NCBI GenBank assembly: GCA_965219575.1
Contig: OZ244779.1
Coordinates: 1,548,769-1,612,768, forward strand
Length of the DNA: 64,000 nt
Direction of reading: 5' to 3'
Origin: Candidatus Oxydemutatoraceae bacterium
Lineage (GTDB): Bacteria > Pseudomonadota > Gammaproteobacteria > Poriferisulfidales > Oxydemutatoraceae
Shown: positions 12,307 through 20,375 of the stretch, in pieces
How positions within the stretch are numbered: position 1 is the stretch's first letter
How the letters are laid out: every line of letters starts with the position of its first letter
Made by a program: the position numbers and the translations under genes
The notes under the pieces: model-generated
Seen by the model: only the letters and a program-made list of their open reading frames with translations
Database searches by the model: none
What the model was told of the DNA's origin: nothing

Positions 12307-12573
12307 TGCTTGTTTTTGCCTAAATCAGGCTTGCCGACTAAAAAACAAGCCCCATAGCGTGCCGTTAAGAGACGATCTCTAGTTGAGATGAACTCTACTA
12401 CCTTCCAATTTCCAAGCATTTTAGAGCGTATGCGGTGCCAGTGCTTGTTTTTGCCTAAATCAGGCTTGCCGACTAAAAAACAAGCTCTATAGCGTGCCGT
12501 TAAGAGACGATCTCTAGTTGAGATGAACTCTACTACCTTCCAATTCCCAAGCATTTTAGAGCGTGTGTGGTGC
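12307..12573. repeat. Tandem duplication with 135-bp period inside the IS
   Basis: 12307-12438 nearly identical to 12442-12573; each unit has a GCTTGTTTTT...AAAAACAAGC inverted repeat. Confidence 0.92.
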
Positions 12574-12669
12574 TCGGTTGCTATCTCGTGGTTTGACGAA
12601 TGATGCGTTTGCAGTGGCACAGGCATGTTAGACAGCCTGTGCGTAAGTCTGGGAAAACACCGGTTCTGA

Positions 12670-13980
12670 TTACTTCTGCTTGGCACTGAGATAATCCTTA
12701 TTGTAGCGTCTCCACGGGTGGGTCGGCTTCGGCTTATGACCGCGACGGTGTTTTGCCACAATCTCATCTACCGCTAGATTGATTGTTTTGTCGTTGTACG
12801 GTTGAGACAGTGGGGGGTGTTCGCAGTAGATATCATGCGCCAACTCCCGCCCTTTGTAGAGTATGACAATCTCGCCATTGAGTAGCTCGCACACGGTGAC
12901 CGATGCGCCACGCATCGCATAACCGGGTTTCTTGGTTTTGATAAGATACTGTATATTATGATGCTGACAGATGAGGTTTTTCGATAACTTTCTAGTACTC
13001 TGTTTAGACAAAGCCAGTGCTAATTCTCGCTGGGTGAGAGGCATTTTGCGATGATAGTCGTGGCTGTCTAGAGGCTTCGTGGCGAACTGCTGATTGTGTT
13101 TTGGGAGATACCATTGAGCAAACTGGTTAGCTTCCTCAATAGAGCAGATGTTGTGAAGCCTCATGAGTTTGACCCATCGGTCTTGCAGGGTTTTGAATGC
13201 GCGTTCAACGCGTCCTTTAGCTTGCGGTGTGCGTGCCAGGCATAGTTCAATTTCCATTTGTTGCAAAGCACTTTGGAACTGGGTCGGTTGTTGAAAGATG
13301 TGTTGCTCTTTGGCATTGTTGCTAAAGATGCTATGGCGGTCGGAATACAGGCACAACGGGCAGCCATGGCGTTGGATATGCTGTTTGAGTGTTCGCATAT
13401 AATCAAAGGTGGTCTCGGCAGCACAGAAATGCAATGCGGTAATCTGTGAGGTGGCATCGTCAATAAATATAATGAGCGTGCAGGGGTCGCCTCGCCCTTC
13501 AAACCAATCGTGGGTCGAACCGTCAATCTGTATGAGTTTGCCGAAGCCAGTTTGTCTGGGACGGCTTTGATGCGTTTTGATTGCATTGCGTCGCTTACCC
13601 TGGTGTAGCCCCTCTGCAATCATCCACTTGCGCAAGGTTTCAACGCTGAATGAGCGGTCAAATAAATGCCCATGACATTCAAACAACTGCTCATGTGCAA
13701 AAGTCGGTCCGAAATCGTGATAGTTCTCACGAATGAGCTTAACGGCTAGTTGTTTGATTGTCTCCGGTATTTTATTGTTTGAAGGCTTACCGCGTCGTTT
13801 AGATATCAGTGCCTTGATATCTTGCTTGCGATAGGCACTTAATAATCGCTTCACATGGCGGACGCTGATGTTGAGCATCTGTGCGGCCTTGGCTCTCGGT
13901 AATTTTTCCTCCAAGCATCGCTTGAGGACATGGTGGCGTTCTATTTCTTTGTCTGACATAGAGTAAGTTCCTTCGTTCAT
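12670..13980 (-). CDS. DDE transposase (IS1202/ISNCY, IS481-related)
   Basis: N-terminal HTH, DFGPT, IQIDG, LYSDR, AKGRVER, C-terminal HPWR. Confidence 0.93.
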   Translation of the reverse strand: MNEGTYSMSDKEIERHHVLKRCLEEKLPRAKAAQMLNISVRHVKRLLSAYRKQDIKALISKRRGKPSNNKIPETIKQLAVKLIRENYHDFGPTFAHEQLFECHGHLFDRSFSVETLRKWMIAEGLHQGKRRNAIKTHQSRPRQTGFGKLIQIDGSTHDWFEGRGDPCTLIIFIDDATSQITALHFCAAETTFDYMRTLKQHIQRHGCPLCLYSDRHSIFSNNAKEQHIFQQPTQFQSALQQMEIELCLARTPQAKGRVERAFKTLQDRWVKLMRLHNICSIEEANQFAQWYLPKHNQQFATKPLDSHDYHRKMPLTQRELALALSKQSTRKLSKNLICQHHNIQYLIKTKKPGYAMRGASVTVCELLNGEIVILYKGRELAHDIYCEHPPLSQPYNDKTINLAVDEIVAKHRRGHKPKPTHPWRRYNKDYLSAKQK

Positions 13981-14155
13981 TGCATCTTCTCCTAAGCTGG
14001 GTTAAAAATGCTTTATTGTCCCCTAAAGGTGACATTTCTACTTTGGCGAAAGGTGACATTACTACTTTGCGCTTACACACATTTTGTGCGGCAGCTATAT
14101 CTGCAAAGCACGCGAGCAGTATACACAGAACGATACGAGTGCAGTTTATTCTCAT

Positions 14156-14773
14156 TTAAGGTTTGGTGTCGCGATGCTTGAGTATTTTATCTACGATGCC
14201 GTATGCGAGTGCCTCTTCCGCGTCCATAAAATTGTCGCGCTCGGTGTCGCGACGGATTTTAGTTATCGTTTGTTTGGTATGCTTGCTCAATAACTGATTC
14301 AGCTTCTCTCGTGTTTTGATGATTTCTTTGGCGTGTATGTCTATATCGGTGGCTTGACCCTGAAATGCACCCATCGGTTGATGAATCATCACTTTGGAAT
14401 GTGGCAACAGATGACGTTTGCCGCGTGCACCCCCTGCCAACAGGACAGCCCCCATGCTCGCCGCCTGTCCGACGCACAGCGTACTGATCTCGGGGCGTGT
14501 AAATTGCATCGTATCGTAGATTGCAAGACCCGCCGACACCGAACCACCCGGCGAGTTGATATAAAGAGAGATTTCCTTATCCGAGTTTTCCGATTCCAAA
14601 AATAGAATTTGGGCAATGATCAAGTTTGCCATATGGTCGTTGATCGCACCGACGACAAAAATCACGCGCTCTTTGAGCAGTCGCGAATAAATGTCGTAGG
14701 ATCGCTCACCGCGAGCACTTTTTTCTACTACGATAGGTACTAAATTTAATGCGGTTTCTTCGTGTGAGTTCAT
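14156..14773 (-). CDS. clpP: ClpP protease
   Basis: [30 protein letters not shown]. Confidence 0.98.
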   Translation of the reverse strand: MNSHEETALNLVPIVVEKSARGERSYDIYSRLLKERVIFVVGAINDHMANLIIAQILFLESENSDKEISLYINSPGGSVSAGLAIYDTMQFTRPEISTLCVGQAASMGAVLLAGGARGKRHLLPHSKVMIHQPMGAFQGQATDIDIHAKEIIKTREKLNQLLSKHTKQTITKIRRDTERDNFMDAEEALAYGIVDKILKHRDTKP

Positions 14774-14782
14774 TTCAGCTCC

Positions 14783-16087
14783 TCATTGCGTTTTTTCCAT
14801 GTCCATAAGTTCGTAAAAAGGGTATGCTTTTTCGCTTATATTTGCTTTTTCGATCACATAATCGATGATTTTATCTTCCAGCACCATCGATTCCACTTTA
14901 CGGTAAGCCTCGACACTGCCATGGTAGTAGTTTTTCATACGCTCGGGATCTTTGTAGCCTTCTACCAGCTCGTTAATTTTAGCCTCGCGTGCGCTACGAT
15001 CGATTTTGAAAAAGTTTTTTTCGTTAATGTAAATAAACAAGATATCCAAACAAACTTTACGCTCTGCGGTTTTTTCGAATAACTCGTCGGATATATCTTC
15101 ATTGACATAATTCTTACCATCCTTAGCTAGGATTTTTTTCATTTTTTCAATTTGCTCTTTCATCATCGCCGGAGGTGCTTTTATGTTAGCGTGGGTCAGC
15201 ATTGCATTTTCTACATTCGTGCGACGTAGTTGCGAGAGCTTTCTTTTGAGTTCCCACTCCATCCCCTCGCGCAGCGAGCTACGCAAAGCATCCACCCCGC
15301 CCTCTTCGATATTACACGCTTTGAAAAAATCGTCGTCCAGTTCGGGCAGAACCGCCGTTGCCACCGACTTCAGAGACACTTCGTAGCGCATGGCCGTTTT
15401 ATCCGAGTCTGCGGTATCTACGGTTTTTTGATCGATCTTCTCTCTCAAGCTGATTTCTTTTTTTTCACCTGCGCGCATATTTTCAATCTGCCGATCGAGA
15501 CGCTCGCTCATCAGCTTCGAACCTAAGATATAGCTTTTATCGTCAAACACTTTTATAGGTTTCTTATCGGTTTCCACGATGTTCACATTTATAGTCACCT
15601 TGTCGCCGACGCACGCCGGTCCGTCTTTGACTTGCCATGTAGCATGATTCATGCGCACCCGTTCCACCATAGTGTCTATATCTTTCTCGGTAATCTCACA
15701 GATCGGCTTTTCAATCGTGATATCCTCATAAGTATTCAACTGCAAATCGGGTAGCACTTCTATATAAGCCGTGTAGTGGATGCCTTTATCCGTATCTATC
15801 TCTATGTCTTCAAAAGAAGGATTGCTCAAGACGAAAAAATCGTGTTGTTTCGTTACTTCTTCGTAACTCTCGTACAATAAGGTATTGACAACATCGGCTT
15901 TTACTTCTGCCCCGTAATAACGTTTGATTATCTCCAGCGGTGCCTTGCCCGGCCTAAAACCCTTGATCTCGGCAGTGGTAGACAGTTTACGAAGTTTTGC
16001 ATCGATCCGTTCGTTAAAATCCGCCGCCGGAATATCAATATGGAGTTTGCGCCCGAAAGTATCTATTTCTTCTATTCTACAATTCAT
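14783..16087 (-). CDS. tig: Trigger factor
   Basis: GFRPGKAP ribosome-binding motif; upstream of clpP. Confidence 0.95.
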   Translation of the reverse strand: MNCRIEEIDTFGRKLHIDIPAADFNERIDAKLRKLSTTAEIKGFRPGKAPLEIIKRYYGAEVKADVVNTLLYESYEEVTKQHDFFVLSNPSFEDIEIDTDKGIHYTAYIEVLPDLQLNTYEDITIEKPICEITEKDIDTMVERVRMNHATWQVKDGPACVGDKVTINVNIVETDKKPIKVFDDKSYILGSKLMSERLDRQIENMRAGEKKEISLREKIDQKTVDTADSDKTAMRYEVSLKSVATAVLPELDDDFFKACNIEEGGVDALRSSLREGMEWELKRKLSQLRRTNVENAMLTHANIKAPPAMMKEQIEKMKKILAKDGKNYVNEDISDELFEKTAERKVCLDILFIYINEKNFFKIDRSAREAKINELVEGYKDPERMKNYYHGSVEAYRKVESMVLEDKIIDYVIEKANISEKAYPFYELMDMEKTQ

Positions 16088-16129
16088 TAAACCGATATGT
16101 TTTGAGTGGTTATTATAACCTTAAAACGA

Positions 16130-16212
16130 TGCGGAAGGAGAGACTCGAACTCTCAAGGGAATATCCCACTGGCACCTAAAGCCAGCGCGTCTACCAATTT
16201 CGCCACTTCCGC
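16130..16212 (-). tRNA. tRNA-Leu(TAG); CCA not encoded
   Basis: GCGGAAG...CTTCCGC-A, long variable arm, loop TTTAGGT; usual position upstream of tig. Confidence 0.94.
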
Positions 16213-16237
16213 ATCGCTTAAAAATAGCTTATTATAA

Positions 16238-17152
16238 TTGATTATTCCGACGATAACCGACTCGATGCGCCTATTTCTGCTTTTTCTATTTTCCGTATTG
16301 CTTGCCATCGTAGGCAGTAGCTTGGTTGCGCAACCGCTCTATGAATTATTAGACATTGACAATCTAATCGATTTCGACAACTTCGGGAAGCGGTTGGCGA
16401 TGCTGGCAATTTTACTGACGATTGTCGCAATACTCAAGTTCAAAGGTTTGCTGGATCAGAAAAATGTAGGCTGGTCGGTGAATGAAAACCAAACACGACG
16501 CGGATTATTATTTTATGGCTTCGTCGTAGGTATAGCAATGATGCTACCCATCGCTTGGCTGTTTCATCTAACGGAACTTCGGGTTTTTAATCTTGCGCCG
16601 GACTTTGTCTGGGGTTCTTTTGTAGTCAAGTTCGCATCGCTACTACTCGCCGCCTTTGCGGTTTCTTTAATAGAGGAAACTTTTTTCAGAGGCGTTCTGT
16701 TCGGTGGTTTTCTGAAAGACAAAACACCGCTATTTGCGGTATTATTAACTGCCCTGTTCTTCGCAGTGATACACTTCGCACGCATCAAGGGAAGCGAATT
16801 GCCCGCCGATGCACCGTGGTATTACGGTTCGGTGATACTCGCCGACAGTATCGCAATGCATTGGCACGGCGACTATGCCGCAACGGCACTCAGCCTTTTT
16901 TTAGCCGGCGTATTGCTGGGCATCGTGCGCTTAAAGACCGCAAGCGTATGGGCTTGCATCGGCATACACAGCGGATGGATATTGACGCTCAAGGTCGATA
17001 AAAAATTATCCTATTTCAACGAACAGTCCGATTGGAGTTTTCTGGTCGGAGCGTACGATTCGTATAACGGTTGGGCAACCGCCGGCTGGTTGGCGATTAT
17101 CTCTCTTATCTACTTTGCCGTTGCCATCTATAGAAAGGCTAGCGGTTCATGA
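16238..17152 (+). CDS. CPBP (Abi/CAAX, Rce1-like) intramembrane glutamic endopeptidase
   Basis: Multi-TM; EETFFRG, FAVIH and IHSGW motifs. Confidence 0.88.
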   Translation: MIIPTITDSMRLFLLFLFSVLLAIVGSSLVAQPLYELLDIDNLIDFDNFGKRLAMLAILLTIVAILKFKGLLDQKNVGWSVNENQTRRGLLFYGFVVGIAMMLPIAWLFHLTELRVFNLAPDFVWGSFVVKFASLLLAAFAVSLIEETFFRGVLFGGFLKDKTPLFAVLLTALFFAVIHFARIKGSELPADAPWYYGSVILADSIAMHWHGDYAATALSLFLAGVLLGIVRLKTASVWACIGIHSGWILTLKVDKKLSYFNEQSDWSFLVGAYDSYNGWATAGWLAIISLIYFAVAIYRKASGS

Positions 17153-17444
17153 TATTGCTTTTATAGAAATACCATCGCTTGCCCATCAACTGCCGCACCG
17201 CTTCGTCGTTGCGATAACGTCTGCGCAACAAGCGATACACAAAATAAGGAATATTGTAAAAAACAAATGCCAGAAAAATCATCACCAAACCGACGATCAC
17301 TTTGTATTCATCCAACAACGGAATCTCCGCCCACCAAAATGCTAATCCGACCAAGCATATGACGGCAGCCAACGAGAGTGTCAAACAGCGATTATAGTAA
17401 TCGTGTTCGCGTTTGAGATGTTGTAATCGTTTTATCGAATCCAT
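17139..17444 (-). CDS. Hypothetical 2-TM membrane protein
   Basis: ATG at 17444 (MDSIKRL...), two hydrophobic segments. Confidence 0.6.
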   Translation of the reverse strand: MDSIKRLQHLKREHDYYNRCLTLSLAAVICLVGLAFWWAEIPLLDEYKVIVGLVMIFLAFVFYNIPYFVYRLLRRRYRNDEAVRQLMGKRWYFYKSNIMNR

Positions 17445-17470
17445 CTTTACCGTACCACCGCCTTTGATTA

Positions 17471-17941
17471 CTAGAGCTTCTGCAAATAATCGGTCAACAA
17501 TGCTTTGGTATATGCGTAAGCATCGGGCTGTTTGCTGGCACGAGGTCCGGCGATATTCAAAGTCTCGGGTTGAATACGGCGAGTAAAGCTCAACACTTCG
17601 TCGACCGCCGATGAAAATTGTACGGCATTTGCATCTATCGTTAAAACCGGCTTGGCTTCTTGATTGCAAAATTCAACCGTCAACTCGGTGCCACCTTCCA
17701 GTCGATCAAAATAGATAATCACGGTTGCATCGCTATCCGACACATTGCGCAAAGTACGCCGAATATAATCCCCTCCCACAAGCTCTTTTAGAGGATAGTA
17801 TGAAGCAATTATACCGTCTTCGGCTAAACGTCCTTCGGGACACCAGCCTCCGCATGGTATTGCCAACTCCAGCGCAACATCCAAAGCTGCCCTATCGACA
17901 CCCGTCTGCCCACCGGAAATAATGATGATATTTTTTTTCAT
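17471..17941 (-). CDS. Putative molybdenum-carrier (SLOG superfamily) protein
   Basis: IISGGQTGVDRAALD, GWCPEGRLAEDG, LNIAGPRAS. Confidence 0.88.
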   Translation of the reverse strand: MKKNIIIISGGQTGVDRAALDVALELAIPCGGWCPEGRLAEDGIIASYYPLKELVGGDYIRRTLRNVSDSDATVIIYFDRLEGGTELTVEFCNQEAKPVLTIDANAVQFSSAVDEVLSFTRRIQPETLNIAGPRASKQPDAYAYTKALLTDYLQKL

Positions 17942-17952
17942 AGCCGTAGTGG

Positions 17953-18007
17953 CTATTTTACAATACTCTACAAGGACAGACCGTTCGCCTCCTATGGAGA
18001 GGAGTAG
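17953..18007. repeat. Degenerate ~55-bp direct repeat, copy 1 (copy 2 at 19353-19410)
   Basis: CTATTTTACAATAC...CCTCCT..GGAGAGG.GTAG in both copies, 1400 bp apart. Confidence 0.7.
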
Positions 18008-18037
18008 AGCTATTGAAAAAGTGCTGGTATCGCACAC

Positions 18038-18078
18038 TAGAACCGCCGATTGAGCCGGTAGGTCAATCAGCGATTCTA
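18038..18078. repeat. 41-bp TA-bounded palindrome (symmetric copy)
   Basis: TAGAACCGCCGATTGA-GCCGGTAGG-TCAATCAGCGATTCTA; contains the stop of the 410-aa gene. Confidence 0.9.
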
Positions 18079-19308
18079 CTGGAGAGGACCTTCCAAAAAC
18101 ACTTTACTACGGATACAAAGGGCTGCGTTCTCCGGAACAATCCTTACTGTGGCAGTACTAGGATCACCTATAAAGTAACCGGTAACAACACTAGGATCAG
18201 GACGGATTGTTATAGTTAATTCAGCACTACACATACTACCCGAGTCAATAATGCTAATTTTGGCAGAACCTTCTTCCACACTTTGCGGAAGTGCAACTCT
18301 TATTACTGGATCATCAAGATCAACATAGCTTCCACCTCCGGAAAGTTCTATCTCTACTAATACTGAGGATGTGAGTGTTACATTGGCAGTTATTGTGGTC
18401 GTCACCGTATCACCCGGCATAACGATTCTCGGTGCGGTGATAGTCACCGTAGGATCATTATCGGTGATGAGGAGTAGACCATTACGACATGAAGCACGAT
18501 TATCGGGAACATTGGTCGGCACTTCGCTTGGATTTTGTGCCACTGATATATCAACCTGATCGGTCTGCCTAATTTCTACTATATCGTCGTCCACCACCAG
18601 ATTATTCAAAAGAAAGTGTGTTTGTCCGGCTCTGATAGTCAAAGAGTCGATGGCATTAATATCGGCACGCGATGCACTACCTGAAAAGTCATATGTAAGT
18701 GAGGCTGTGACATCTCTATTCAAGCCTTTGCTATTATCTTCACTCTCTCCTCTTAAGAGGTTGATCTGCGGGATATCGCCAAAACCATCAACATTGCTAC
18801 CTTCTTGTATTTGATAACCAAATTTAGAGAAGCAGAGTATGTATTCGTCGTCCAATACGGTCACCGAATCATTAGCAAGTCCTGCGATTGAAATTTCTAT
18901 GGTTTTATCGGCATTGAGTCTTCGGTTATCGTTCAATTTTAATTCAAATCTCGCAGTTTGCGAACCTTGCCGAAAAGAAATAATATTATTATAAGTTGAA
19001 GATTGGACGACCTCAGTCCCTAAAGATACACCGGGTCCGCGTACTAAACTTAAACTATTAAAGTCTCCCGCTTCAAAACCACGGATAGCAAGATTTAGGG
19101 CAATCATTTCGGTGCCGGTGAGCCTACGATTTAAGGTGACATCAAACGGTATCGTCGCACCGACCAAAGAACCTTGGACTAGATTGCCTTCGTAGTACTC
19201 GTCTCGATCAGCCGATATCGTAGCTGTTACCGATTGCTGTGCGACGGCTGTATCTGCAAAGCACGCGAGTAGTATACATAAACCTATAAGTTTGTAGTTG
19301 ATTCTCAT
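18076..19308 (-). CDS. Exported protein: Sec signal, Calx-beta-like beta-sandwich segments, C-terminal KVFLEGPLQ
   Basis: MRINYKLIGLCILLACFADTAVAQ; VTVLDDE, VVDDDIVE, ITDND; last domain paralogous to the 11785 gene. Confidence 0.85.
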   Translation of the reverse strand: MRINYKLIGLCILLACFADTAVAQQSVTATISADRDEYYEGNLVQGSLVGATIPFDVTLNRRLTGTEMIALNLAIRGFEAGDFNSLSLVRGPGVSLGTEVVQSSTYNNIISFRQGSQTARFELKLNDNRRLNADKTIEISIAGLANDSVTVLDDEYILCFSKFGYQIQEGSNVDGFGDIPQINLLRGESEDNSKGLNRDVTASLTYDFSGSASRADINAIDSLTIRAGQTHFLLNNLVVDDDIVEIRQTDQVDISVAQNPSEVPTNVPDNRASCRNGLLLITDNDPTVTITAPRIVMPGDTVTTTITANVTLTSSVLVEIELSGGGSYVDLDDPVIRVALPQSVEEGSAKISIIDSGSMCSAELTITIRPDPSVVTGYFIGDPSTATVRIVPENAALCIRSKVFLEGPLQ

Positions 19309-19352
19309 ATTTAAGATTTAATATTGCGATTCATTTTTATATCTTCAAATGT

Positions 19353-19410
19353 CTATTTTACAATACCCTCCCATAAGGGCAAACTATTGTCCTCCTGAGG
19401 AGAGGCGTAG
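19353..19410 (-). promoter_or_regulatory. Direct-repeat copy 2, containing a candidate sigma70 promoter for the 410-aa gene
   Basis: Minus strand TTGCCC-N16-TAAAAT about 45 bp upstream of the ATG. Confidence 0.4.
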
Positions 19411-19425
19411 CCTCTCGAAACCGAA

Positions 19426-19764
19426 AGGCGAGTTGGTCTATAAGCCGGGTTCTGTTTCGGCAGCCATCCATCTGGGATATATGTCGCCATATACCTCTAG
19501 CGGTTTACCCGAGAGTCTGCGCGGGCAACGCATAACGCTCTCCTATTCAACCTTGCTCCAAGTGGGGTTTACCCTGCCACCGATGTTACCATCGGCGCGG
19601 TGTGCTCTTACCACACCTTTTCACCCTTACCTCCGAAACGAGGCGGTATCTTTTCTGTGGCACTTTCCATGGACTCACATCCTCCAGATGTTATCTGGCA
19701 CCCTGCCCTGCGGAGCCCGGACTTTCCTCTATGTGTTGCTCATAGCGACTGCCCGACCAACTCC
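19426..19764 (-). ncRNA. rnpB: RNase P RNA (type A)
   Basis: GAGGAAAGTCCGGGC near the 5' end, ACAGAACCCGGCTTA near the 3' end, GAGTTGGTC/GACCAACTC P1 helix. Confidence 0.96.
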
Positions 19765-19865
19765 ACACAAGCATAACATATTCGGGGTTTCGTCGCTTGC
19801 TTCGGCACCATCCGAGTTATCATAATTCGGTGGGTGAACGCGTTGATTATGCAGATATGGCGGGA

Positions 19866-20192
19866 CTGTTGAAAAAGTATCGTCAGCTTGCAACCGTAAC
19901 CGCTTGCGCCATGAATTTATAATAACCACCAAGCCGTAGGGGCAGGATAAAGCCGCCGATTGAGCCGGTAGGTCAATCGGCAATTTTAATGTCTGCCTTT
20001 AAGTGCCGTTCTGCACGACACCAACCGCTTGCGCCCAACAAATAATAGTTTTCATAATATTAATGGGTGAACGCATTAATCGTGCAAACATGATACGTTT
20101 CGGGCGGACATGCAAGTCCGCCCCTACGGCGGTTTGTAAATATTCACGGCGCAAGCGGTTGCAGTTGTGCAAAAACAGTACTTTTTCAACAG
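19866..20192. mobile_element. Composite MITE-like element: CTGTTGAAAAA termini, inverted GTAG-type REP pair, nested 41-bp palindrome (19948-19988)
   Basis: Arms and spacer homologous to 48235-48517. Confidence 0.75.
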
Positions 20193-20201
20193 CCCTCGTT
20201 C

Positions 20202-20252
20202 GCGACCACCCCGTCAGGCTTCACCTGCCACCCCTCCACAGGAGGGGAATAG
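20202..20252. repeat. CCCCTCC/GGAGGGG hairpin repeat
   Basis: CACCCCGTCAGGC...GCCACCCCTCCACAGGAGGGGAATAG; related copies near 11741, 17988 and 19391. Confidence 0.65.
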
Positions 20253-20268
20253 ACTGATGTGGTGGCGG

Positions 20269-20340
20269 TGCCGAGGAGAGGACTTGAACCCCCAACCTTC
20301 GCATTACAAGTGCGCTGCACTACCATTGTGCTACCTCGGC
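20269..20340 (-). tRNA. tRNA-Thr(TGT); ends ACCG
   Basis: GCCGAGG...CCTCGGC-A, loop CTTGTAA, GGTTCAAGTCC. Confidence 0.93.
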
Positions 20341-20375
20341 ATGGGTCGTTCACCGCAAATCCGTACTTCAATATG

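Larger units (their letters stand above)
12161..14077 (-). mobile_element. Insertion sequence, IS1202 family (ISNCY), 1917 bp, 16-bp target duplication
   Basis: TGT...ACA ends, two tandem AAAGTAG(A/T)AATGTCACC sites at each end, flanking CACATTTTGTGCGGCA at 12145-12160 and 14078-14093. Confidence 0.9.
11785..14155 (-). pseudogene. Exported protein with C-terminal KVFLEGPLQ motif (145 aa when reconstituted), interrupted by an IS
   Basis: 14155-14078 encodes MRINCTRIVLCILLACFADIAAAQNV; frame resumes at 12144 (PTLTIST...CIRSKVFLEGPLQ*) once the IS and one TSD copy are removed. Confidence 0.88.

Noticed and set aside
12307-12573. Possible CRISPR or mini-array
   Set aside because: Only two long adjacent units, no unique spacers, and no cas genes in the window
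12300-12767. 155-aa ORF with a duplicated peptide
   Set aside because: The repeat just reflects the 135-bp DNA duplication; the ORF overlaps the transposase end and has no recognisable features
13799-14155. 118-aa ORF as an independent gene
   Set aside because: It is the signal peptide of the disrupted gene reading into the IS end
11785-18160. DGR template/variable repeat pair in the similar C-terminal DNA
   Set aside because: Differences are synonymous and not adenine-specific, and there is no reverse transcriptase in the window
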